Shown here piece after piece: positions 53,164 to 64,000 of a DNA stretch of 64,000 nucleotides. Below the pieces are notes generated by a model. The model saw only the letters and a list, made by a program, of their open reading frames with translations. It was not told where the DNA came from and ran no database searches. A program made the translations under genes and the position numbers. Numbering within the stretch: the first letter of the stretch is position 1; each line of letters starts with the position of its first letter. Where the stretch lies: NCBI GenBank assembly GCA_951406725.2, contig OX597816.1, forward strand, positions 161,758,001 to 161,822,000. The letters are read 5' to 3'. This DNA is from Octopus vulgaris. Lineage: Eukaryota.

Positions 53164-53695
53164 ATTCTGTCTTGTGAGGGTCGTTACGCCAATAATAGTA
53201 ACACGCATACTGATTCAATATCTTCTGATATCATGTGGACAGATACATTATTCCTTGCTCGTAGAATTTCCGCCCTTTACTGGCGAAAAACACTTCCAGG
53301 GGAATTTTTACATCCACTTCAGAGTTGAGGGCTTGTTCTTGCAATGAATTTTGAAGAGAACAAAACAGATAGAAATCTGAAGATGCAAAACTAAGCAAAT
53401 ATGGAGGGTGCAGCAAAACTCCGCAACCTAGGACTAGTAACTTCCGCCGCATCTGCAAAGAAGTGAGCAGTCTCGCATTATCGTGAAGAAATATAATACC
53501 CTTGCGGTACACACATTCCATGACGGCAACCTCTCCGTACACAGCGCATATCTTTCAGCTGGTCTTCGCCGCTTTCTTGACATTTTAAAAATAAAGAACC
53601 ACGAGGTATCGATTATAGTTGTTTTTCATGGGGATTCCAAGCACACAAAATACAGCCTTTCATTTTGCAATTTCGCGTGGAACTACTTTGAAGTG
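53160..53695 (-). mobile_element. Mariner (DD34D) transposase C-terminal fragment
   Basis: GIIFLHDNARL...VLLHPPYLLSFASSDFYLF is a decayed HDNARPH / HPPYSPDLAPSDF. Confidence 0.9.
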
Positions 53696-53697
53696 GT

Positions 53698-54028
53698 GAC
53701 CCCCTTCGGTCAGACACTGACCATGGGTTTGCACCTAGAGAGTTACCCTCTGAGGCACAAGTCTGGGTAAGGTTGTTTTTTTTTATGGAAGACCAGCAGT
53801 CGCCCATGCATACCGGCCTCCCCTCTCCACGTCACCGATGTTGTCCAAGGGAAAGGCAAGGGCCGATACGGCTTGGCACCTGTGACGTTGCAACTCATTT
53901 CTACAGATGAGTGAACTGGCGCAACGTGAAATAAAGTGTCTTGCTCAAGAACACAACACGCAGCCCGGTCCGGGATTCGAGCTCACAACCTCACGATCGT
54001 AAGCTCGACGCTCTAACCAATGAGCCAC
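53698..54028 (-). mobile_element. tRNA-derived SINE family D (CORE/V-like)
   Basis: tggctcattggttagagcgtcgagcttacgatcg..gagctcgaatcccgg, then gtgttcttgagcaagacacttt. Confidence 0.8.
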
Positions 54029-54160
54029 ACTTTGAAGTGTCAGCTATCTATTGCGTGTGGATGTGCAAGGGCAAAACTGAATTTAGCTACGTATTAGAGT
54101 GCTTCGAGTGTAGTGTCGACAAAAACAGAACGAATATTTTGGCCAACCCAATATATTATA

Positions 54161-54385
54161 CAGTAATTTCTCGACTGTTGCGGGCGTTACGTTTCACCCC
54201 CACCCACTCTTGTTGAAAATCTGCAAAGTAGAAACAGTACTGCACTGTATATATATTTTTTTATTATTTTTATAATTTGTATATATTTATTTCATTATAA
54301 ATACAAAACAACATCACGGAGGAATCGACGTAAGTTTAAATAATAAAGCGCTGTAGGTAAACCGCAGTATGGCGAGAGATTACTG
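54161..54385. mobile_element. Tc1/pogo (Tigger-like) MITE
   Basis: TA|cagtaatttctcgactgttgcgg ... ccgcagtatggcgagagattactg|TA. Confidence 0.75.
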
Positions 54386-54409
54386 TACATACATACATAC
54401 ATACATACA

Positions 54410-54456
<47 letters not shown>

Positions 54457-54459
54457 GTA

Positions 54460-54504
<45 letters not shown>

Positions 54505-54508
54505 TATG

Positions 54509-54542
<34 letters not shown>

Positions 54543-54737
54543 TGTATGTATGTATGTATATATGTATGTATACATGTATGTATGTATGTATGTATGTATG
54601 TATATATGTATACAAATATACCCACCAACACCACATACATATATAGCCACTCCGCCCTAAATTATTAAATTCTACATCTGATAATGTTTGAGTTATTTGA
54701 AAATAAATATCTATTTACTTTACAATCCCTACCGTAC

Positions 54738-54878
<141 letters not shown>

Positions 54879-55238
54879 TGTCGATTTAATTATCTATCTT
54901 TTGATGTATCTCTTTTATTTTATATCCCGTTGACCCATCCCCTCCACCTCGTTCTTTCCAGTTCCCTTTATTTCCTTTTCAGTTCGAACTCCCTCACCCA
55001 AAAAAAAAAAAAAAAAAAAAAAAAGCAAAACAAAAGATAAAATGTTATGGAAAAACAAAACAAAAATAACAACAAACAAATCCTAGCCAAATCATAAAAG
55101 CAGTATTTTTTGCTTCGACTCCCAATCTCTTTATGCGACAACATAACTAAACGTTAAGATGGCCGCCGCACTAATTGCTCTCGACTTGTCTCCGACTCTC
55201 TACTATCAAGTCAGACATTTTATAGTTTAGCTTTCCGA

Positions 55239-55544
<306 letters not shown>

Positions 55545-55991
55545 ATTATAACCATTATCAAGATCAGCATCATCATTATCATCATTGACAGTATCGTTTA
55601 CACCACCTCCACCATCACAACCATTATCATTACCATCATCACCACCACCACCACCACTTCCACCATCATAACCAACACCACCATCATAACCGCCACCACC
55701 ACCACCATTATCATCATTGACAGTATCATGAACACCACCTCCACCACCACCACCATTATCATCATTGACAGTATCATGAACACCACCTCCACCACCACAA
55801 CCATTGTCATTACCATCACCACCACCACCTGTCCTTCCACTATCATCATCACCCCTCTATTCCTCCCTCTCTTTTCCCCTACTCATTCATTCACTCTCTC
55901 TTTTTTCCACGCTACTCCCCTCTGCTCTTTCCTTGTTATTGACCTGTCGTCTTCTTTGTTAAAATACAACCACCCTCCTCCAACACACACG

Positions 55992-56034
<43 letters not shown>

Positions 56035-56248
56035 ACACACATAGAGAGAGAGACTGACATAGGCAGCAGCATGAAGCTAGCTTAAAAGTCCTATCGTTGA
56101 TGTTCCGTATTTGTTGTCCATGTTACTGGAAGTCCATCAGCCCGCCTCACCAACCCCTCCACCTTTACGTGTCGCTGCATCCTGTAATGATTGCATGGAA
56201 GCCATATTACACTTGACAAAATTAGCTTCGTTAAAGCGTTCACTAATG

Positions 56249-56290
<42 letters not shown>

Positions 56291-57624
56291 TCTCCCTTTC
56301 ACTCACTATCACTCTCTTTCTATCTCTACGTTTGCTCCATGACGCCGTTGCTTTTTTGTTTTGTTTTATTTTTATCCTTTAATGTTGTTGTTCTTGATGT
56401 TAATGTTGATATCATTATGGATGTTGTTGTGGTTATTGTGTTATTTTATATTTTTATTTTCGTTGTTTGTTTGTTTGTTTTTGTTTTGCTCGTTTTCTTT
56501 CTCTCATGTCATTGCCGATTCTTCTCTCTTTCTCTTTCTCTTTCTCTGTCTCCTTTCCCCTTGTTTTTCTCCTTCTCTCTTTGTCTCCCCGCCTTTCTTT
56601 CTCTCTCTCTCTCTTTCTCTTCATTACCCATGTTCATGTCAGCTCTTTCTCGTTATTGTTCTTACTGTTGTTTCTGGTATTGTTTTTCTTTTTCACACTT
56701 CCTCCACGCCATTTTTCACGTTGTTTTCGCCTTTTGTTGTTGTTGTTGTTGTTGTTGTTGTTCTTGTTCTTGTTCTTGTTCTTGTTCTTGTTCTTGTTCT
56801 TCTTCTTCTTCTTCTTCTTCTTCTTCTTCCTTCTTCTTCTTCTTCTTCTTCTTCTTCTTCTTCTTCTCGTTCTTCCTCCTCGTGTTTTCGTTGTTTTCTT
56901 CTTCCACTATCGATACCACCACCACCACCACCACCACCACCACCACCACCACCACCTCCACCTCCACCACCACCACCACCACCACCACCTCCACCTCCAC
57001 CACCACCACAACGACGATGACCACCACCATTATGATGACGAAAACGATGACGATGACAATGGCCACTACCACCACAATTAGCAGCAGCAGCAGCAGCACC
57101 ACCACCACCACCACCACCACCTCCACACTGCTACCAGCACAATCAACCTATCTGCACGACGACGACGACCACCACGACCACCACCACCAACACCAGCAGA
57201 ATCCCGTATGTTTCCCTTTCTAACTTCGTCTATAACGTTGGCTTTCGTTTTGGGTTCAAACCCGTAACATTGGTATTGAGTGTCGCTTTGTGTTTAGATG
57301 GAGGACTCAAACTAAAGGGGAGAGGGGATGTTTCACACGGACGAGTCCATTCTTCAGCTTTTCAAGCTTGGAAAATGTGCCAAGACGAAGAAAAGGAAAA
57401 ACACCAGAATTTTGACAAAATCATAAAATCATTGATTAAAAAGTAAAACAAAAGAAAAAAACTGACCAATCTTGTCTCCGCGAACAACGGTCAGGCATCA
57501 GATGTCGCAAAGTCACGTGATATTTAGATTTCACGCCTCTCTAAGTCACCATTTTGGCGGTGGTGGTGGTGGGCTTTGTGTTTTATGTCTGATAGAACTT
57601 GGTAAAAGAAGGACACCACAGAAT

Positions 57625-57628
57625 GAGA

Positions 57629-57668
<40 letters not shown>

Positions 57669-58083
57669 GAGGAGCAAAAGAAAGAGGTAGATAGAGAGAG
57701 GGAGAGGGAGAGAAAGAAAAGAGAGAGAAAGGAGTGGGAGGATGAAGAGACGGAGAGAGAAAAGGGAGAGAAAGAGAAGGATAGATAAACAGAAAGAGAA
57801 GTGCGGTAGAGAAGGGAGAGAGTAGAGAGAGAAGGAGAGAAGGAGGGAGAGGAAGAGAGCGGGAGGGAGAGAAGAAGGGAGAGGAAGAGAGAGAGAGAGA
57901 GGGAGAGAGAAGGAAAAGAAAGAGGGAAATAGAGAGAGATGGAGAGAAGGAAAAGAGAGAGAAGAGGGCGGATGAAGAGACGGAGAGAGAAAAGAGAGAG
58001 AGAAGGATTGATAGACAGAAAGAGAAAAGGAAGTGAGGGAGAAAGAGAATAGAGAGAGAGGGAAAGAGGGAGAGAGGGAGAGA
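57625..58083. repeat. Polypurine (GA-rich) tract
   Basis: Directly visible. Confidence 0.9.
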
Positions 58084-58389
58084 TACATAGATAAAATCAA
58101 AAATTGCGTAAGGTAAGCGAAAGTCTTCTTTTTCTGGCTTAAAGAGATAAGGATTAGTATGGCTTCCGAGATTAGTGAGAAAGAAGGAGGAAGCTGCTTG
58201 CAAACTGGAGATCTGGTTTAATTGCTGGCACCAGAGTTGACTCTGCTAAAGGCACTCAAGGCACTCAAGGCCCAGGTGGTAGTGTTAAGCCGGATAGTGT
58301 TAAGCCGATAAGTTTATCGCCAAAGTAAGTCATGGTGGGATTTGAACACGGAACGCAAAGAACTCTAACAAATTCTAAAACGTATGTAA

Positions 58390-58780
58390 CATCGGTTCTC
58401 AATTTTTTTTTTTAATCTCTGAACCCCTTTGGTTCCTGTTTTTCTTAATCGAACCCCCATAGCGATTCGATGCTAAAAAAAGGATCCTCTTTTATTTTTT
58501 ATAATGATATATTAGCAATTGTATAAAAATAAAATGTTAAATTATTTTACATATCACAAGGCAGGGATTTGGCAGAATCGTTAGCACGTCGTGCGTTATT
58601 TCGTCTGTTTTTACGTTCTGAGCTCAAGTTCCACCGACTTTTCCTTCTATCCTGACCCCAGGAGTTATTCTCTGTGAGTCTAGTACTTATTCTATTGGAT
58701 TCTTTTGCCGAACCGCTACGTTACGGAGGATATAAACACACCACCATCGGTTGTCAAGCGATGGTGGAAGACAAACACAA

Positions 58781-58811
<31 letters not shown>

Positions 58812-59146
58812 TTCTGTATACTAAATCCACTCACAAGGCTTTGGTCGGATTGAGGCTGTAGTAGAAGACACTTGCCCAAGATGCCACGCTGTAGGACTGA
58901 ACCCAGAACCATGTGGTTGGGGAGAAGCTTGCTTCTTACCACACAGCCTCGCTTTAATAAGTCCTGGGGGCGATTTCTTCGACTAACACCCTTTAAGGCG
59001 GTGCTCCAGCATGGCCGTAGTCAAAACGACTGAAACGAGTAAAAAAATAAAAAGAAAGAAAAGAATATAGCCAATTTATTACACATAACAGCAAAAACTT
59101 ATAAGAACCCCCTAGGGGCCATATGAATCCCGATTGAGAATCTTTG
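58390..59146. mobile_element. Probable hAT-type MITE carrying nested SINE A and B fragments
   Basis: Ends catcggttctcaat ... attgagaatctttg. SINE pieces occupy 58560-59050. Confidence 0.45.
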
Positions 59147-59196
59147 TTGTATATAGTTTATTAATATCTTTCTCGTAACTCGAGTTTCACGGTACA

Positions 59197-59415
59197 GGCG
59201 GCGAGCTGGCAGAATCGTTAGCACGCCGGGCGAAATGCTTAGCAGTATTTCGTCTGCCACTACGTTCTGAGCTCAAATTCCGCCGAGGTCGACTTTGCCT
59301 TTCATCCTTTCGGGGTCGATTAAATAAGTACCAGTTACACACTGGGGTCGATATAATCGATTAATCCGTTTGTCTGTCCTCTCTGTGTTTGGCCCCTTGT
59401 GGGTAATAAAGAAAT
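59197..59415 (+). mobile_element. SINE family B monomer
   Basis: ggcggcgagctggcagaatcgttagcacgccgggcgaaatgcttagc...ttgtgggtaataaagaaat. Confidence 0.9.
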
Positions 59416-59624
59416 GGGTACTATATCTGCTCTTAGTAAACCGTACTTGTTTTTTTTATATAAGCAGCCAATTTGTTATAAAGGCGCAGGAGTGGCTGTG
59501 AGACAAGATGCTAGGCGCAGGCGTAGCTGTGTGGTAAAGAGCTTGCTTCCCAACCACATGGTTCTGGGTTCAGTCCCACTGTGTGGCATCTTGGGCGAGT
59601 ATCTTTTGCTATAGCCTCGGCCGA

Positions 59625-60688
59625 CTAAATAATCCATATCAGATAGATTATTTTCACCTTGGTTTTCGCTAGTTCATTTGCAAATGTGGATTTTCTCAGT
59701 ATTTTTGTCTGAACTATTAACGCGATGACGAACTGAGACAGAGAGAGTGAGTCTCCCTGAATGATACCCCTCCATATTTTCATACTTCCCAATGACTCAC
59801 TTTTGCATTTCAGTTCCATTTCTCGTTACTTTTTCTAAAAAATGTGTTTATTTTGCTCATTCACCCCGAGCATCCTCAGCCACTTCAAGTGTCAACAGTG
59901 TGGTACATTATCATATGCTTTCTTGTAAACTATCCAAGTTCTTAGAGTCCTTCTTTCTAAAAAAATTTCTTTCTTATTCGTGCCTCATTTATTATCCTAC
60001 TAGCAATAGTACTTGACTTCTTTCTGCATAAGTTTTACTCTTCTGACAACAGATTCTCCTTCTTTAGAAAACTATGCAGTTCATTTGCTATGAGGCCAGT
60101 TAATAATTTCCATTGTAACGATAAGAATTTAATAGGTCCCTAATTATTGACTTCGCTTCTCTTATCTTTGTCCTTTTGTATTACCATCGTTTCCCCTTTT
60201 CCCTTTTCCCACCCATATTGGTGCTCCATTTTCTATACAGTCAGTACATAAATAAATAAATAAAAATGATTGTAGATGGTTGTGTATACTTGTAACATTG
60301 TTGAACCTGAATCCCCGAACACGATCTCGTCCGGAGGCTTTCCAATTTGGTATTTCTAAAAGCCATCTTTTTCATTTTCTCTCCTATAATATTTAACATT
60401 TATATTTTCTTGTCTTGACCTATTTTCCATTCCAATTTTAATTTTCCGCATCCTTTTCACTTCTATATTATACTGAATATCTATACTCCAAACAGTCTAA
60501 CAAAAGTCCTTTGCTATTTCCGTATTTAGCGCATCATTCGCTTTGATGTCCAGTCTCATTGTTCCGTTGTTGGTAAAATTTGCTTTGACTTTTCTGAAGA
60601 ACCTGTTCTGCTGATATTGATTTATTTCTTGTTAGTATCTAGTTTGATGTTTTGTCTGATCTCTTCTTTGGCAACCTGTAACTCTCTC
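59625..60688 (-). mobile_element. Decayed R4/Dong-type RT fragment
   Basis: PNWKASGRDRVRGFRF (W K.PG.D motif) and RGIIQGDSLSLSQFVIAL (RT QGD-LSP motif). Many stops. Confidence 0.7.
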
Positions 60689-60746
<58 letters not shown>

Positions 60747-60751
<5 letters not shown>

Positions 60752-61092
60752 GAGCATTCAGAGAGCGAAAACCTCCGCCAAGGCAGCACCAATGTCCTCT
60801 CAACGATTAGCCAGAGATGATTTTTTAAATGAGGATATCTGAAATAAACTCGACTTCTCTCACAAGCAAGAATACTAAAAATGAACCCGATCGCTCTCAA
60901 AAATTTAGTAAGAAAACCGGAAAAAGAATCTAGAATCCTTGTCCGGTGCCGGATCGATCCCAGAATCTAATCAGTTCGTGCCTGTCACGAAGCCAAGCAT
61001 CACTGAAAGTTTCATCCGAATCCACTCAGCGGTTCTTGAGATACCTTGTCCACGGACAAACAAACAAAGAAACTAACAAACACAACTGAAAA
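60747..61092. mobile_element. Helentron-associated non-autonomous element (HINE/DINE-like), truncated by the mariner
   Basis: aacaagagcattcagagagcg.aaacctccgccaaggc terminus, aagtttcatccgaatcc core and (CAAA)n. Confidence 0.55.
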
Positions 61093-61535
61093 TAGGTTGT
61101 TTCACATGAAATGTCGCATTTTTAATTACTTGTTATTTCAGTCATTTAAAAACCCAATTATGTATACCTAGCATTTAATCTTGACTCTTTTTCTTTCCCA
61201 GCAATATTGGTATTCAAACTTCGTACCCACAGAACTTATGAAAATGATAACAACCAAACTATGTTGAGTGCTTTTCTCGTATGAGTACAGACTGGGTCAC
61301 TCTGCCGCAGAAGCTCTACGGAATATCAAGCGGGCCTTTGGTAATGGTTTTGTCGACATTAGAACTGTTCAGAGATGGCTCCAAAGCTCTCGTTCAGGAG
61401 TTGATAGCTTTGAAAATAAACCAAGGGGTAAGCCAAAATCAGTTATTCGGCATGATGGATTAAATGCTTTGGTTGAACAAAATCTGAGAACAAAGGTTCG
61501 AAAATTTTCAACAGAATTCCAAATATCTCACACAG
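61093..61535 (+). mobile_element. Mariner 5' half (TIR plus Mos1-like HTH region)
   Basis: YEYRLGHSAAEALRNIKRAFG...RTVQRW...SG..SFENKPRGKP. Terminus taggttgtttcacatgaaatg. Confidence 0.85.
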
Positions 61536-61915
61536 TGGTTGTGTGGTAAGTAGCTTGCTAACCAGCCACATGGTTCCGGGTTCAGTCCCACTGCGTTGCA
61601 TCTTGGGCAAGTGTCTTCTGCTATAGCCCCGGGCCGACCAATGCCTTGTGAGTGGATTTGGTAGACGGAAACTGAAAGAAGCCTGTCGTATGTGTGTGTG
61701 TGTGTCTGTGTTTGCCTCCCTAGCATTGCTAGACAACCGATGCTGGTATGCTTACGTCCCCGTCACTTAGCGGTTCGGCAAAAGAGACCGATAGAATAAG
61801 TACTGGGCTTACAAAGAATAAGTCCCGGGGTCGATTTGCTCGACTAAAGGCGGTGCTCCAGCATGGCCACAGTCAAATGACTGAAACAAGTCAAAGAGTA
61901 AAAGAGTAAAGAGTA
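61535..61915 (+). mobile_element. SINE family A, near full length
   Basis: gtggttgtgtggtaagtagcttgc ... gaaacaagtcaaagagtaaaagagtaaagagt. Confidence 0.9.
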
Positions 61916-62054
61916 AGTGTTTTTGGACATCTGTAAAAAATAGGAAAAGTCAAGAAAACGGATAGGTTTGTTCCCCATCAAATGAACATCATCATCATCA
62001 TCATCATCATCGCCGTCATCAGCATCATCGCTATCATCATCGTCAACAACAACA

Positions 62055-62562
62055 ACGAAGACACGAGGAGGAGGAGGAAGAAAAAATGAAGAAAATAAAG
62101 AAGATAAAGAAGAAGAAAAACCAGGAGAACAACGAGAAGAAGAAGAACGAGAAGAAGAAGAAGAAGAAAGAGAAGAAGAAGAGGAAAAAAGACGAGAAGA
62201 ACGAGAAGAAGAGAAAGGAAAAGAAAAAGAACTAGAAGAAGAACGAGATCAACAGAAGAAGAAGAAGAACGAGAAGAAGAATAACAGAAGAAGGGGAAGA
62301 AGAAGAAGAAGAAAAAGAACGAGAAGAAGAACAGAAGAAGAGGAAGAAGAAGAAGAACAGAAGAAGAACAGAAGAAGAAGAAGAAGAAAAAGAAGAAGAA
62401 GAAGAAGAAGAAGAAGGAAACGAAGACGAAGGAGAAGACGAAGAAGAAGGAGGAGGAGGAGTAGACGAAGAAGAAGAAGAAGAAGAAGAAGAAGAAGAAG
62501 AAGAAGAAGAAGAAGAAGAAGAAGAAGAAGAAGAAGAAGAAGAAGAAGAAGAAGAAGAAGAA
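62055..62562. repeat. (GAA)n-rich tract
   Basis: Directly visible. Confidence 0.95.
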
Positions 62563-62929
62563 AAATACTACTACAACCACCAAAAATAACAAGAACACGA
62601 AAATTACAAATAATGAAAAACAAAAGTAAACAAAAAAGAAAAACAGAAATAGCGAATGCACAAGAAAATTCTTCGAAAATGTAAAAGTTGCGAGTCTTTG
62701 TTTTAATTCCATAGTGTTTTACAGACAAGAATGGAGGTTTTTGCATTCTTTATTGAGTTTGGTAGAACGTGGAGAAAGCATGATAAGTCTATAGAATAAA
62801 CACCACTGGCTGTCCATTATGATGTCCAGGTGGACGTTACCAAAATTCCTAATTGGTCAGTGCTGAAATAATTGCTGACAGAGGCAAAACAAAACAGCAG
62901 CAACAACAACAACAACAATAATAACAACG

Positions 62930-63044
<115 letters not shown>

Positions 63045-63697
63045 AAATAATAAATTTCTTGCTGGACTGATACTTGGCAAAAATCAAATGAAGACGAGGA
63101 TAAAAACATAATGATACGCGTGGAAGTAGACATATATACTCGTAAAGGCACATATAAATACACTTATGAATACGTATATATATATATATATATATGTGTG
63201 CTTACAGACATATACGCGATGTATATATAGATGCAGATACAATTATATATATATATATATATATATAAACACACATATATATAAATACATACGCATACAC
63301 ATATACCTTGTCCACGAACAAACAAACAAAGGAACTAACAAACACAACTGAAAATAGGTACATATAAATGTACTTATATGTACATTTATGTATGTATATA
63401 TGTATGTATCTATCTATCTATCTGTCTGTCTGTCTGTCTGTCTATCTATCAATCCATATATATATAATATATATATAAAACACACACACTCACACACACA
63501 TATATATATATATATACACACATACATATGTATATATATACGTATATATCTACACACACACATATATATACATATATAAACGCATACACATACGTATATC
63601 GTATATGCATGCATACATACGTACACATGTGTGTGTAAGTGTGATATGCATATATGTGAATGTACGTATCCTTTTGTATGTATGTATGCATGTATGT

Positions 63698-63728
<31 letters not shown>

Positions 63729-64000
63729 AATGTGTGTGTATGTATATATGTATACTTATGCATGTACCTATGTATTTATGTAGCTGTCTAATTGTTTATG
63801 TAAGTATGTATATGTGTATGTTTATTATACAGACTTATACAGAACAAATTGTGTACGAGATGGGAAGGGTTAGAAACTGAGTGTGAGACTAGAGAAAAGA
63901 TAAAAGCTCTGTAGATAGACAGATAGGTCAAAAGATTGGTTCAGAGAGAGAGAGACACAACAAGAAAATTAACAGGTGGAGAGAGAGAGAGAGAGAGAGA

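Overview
Eukaryotic, AT-rich, extremely microsatellite-dense non-coding DNA. The SINE families and repeat landscape look like an octopus (coleoid cephalopod) genome, but the organism is an inference. I cannot support any host protein-coding exon, and almost all ORFs in the track are translations of simple repeats. The recognisable content is mobile DNA. There are more than 25 tRNA-derived SINE copies from 3-4 families. LINE fragments belong to the CR1 group (including one uninterrupted 5'-truncated RT ORF at 49351-50520), RTE and R4/Dong. There are mariner, maT, Merlin and Gypsy remnants, two complete non-autonomous Helitrons, MITEs and Penelope-like element (PLE) termini. The most interesting signal is RNA-structural. 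At least nine type I hammerhead ribozyme (HHR) motifs (stem I-CUGANGA-stem II-GAAA-stem III-UH-stem I) lie on both strands, mostly in unrelated sequence contexts. Nearly all have a self-complementary stem III, and several carry very long AT-rich stem II inserts. Four fold-back inverted repeats are centred on an HHR or an HHR remnant, including a perfect 217-bp palindrome at 19864-20317. This suggests snap-back reverse transcription at the ribozyme. All folds were made by eye and no activity has been tested.
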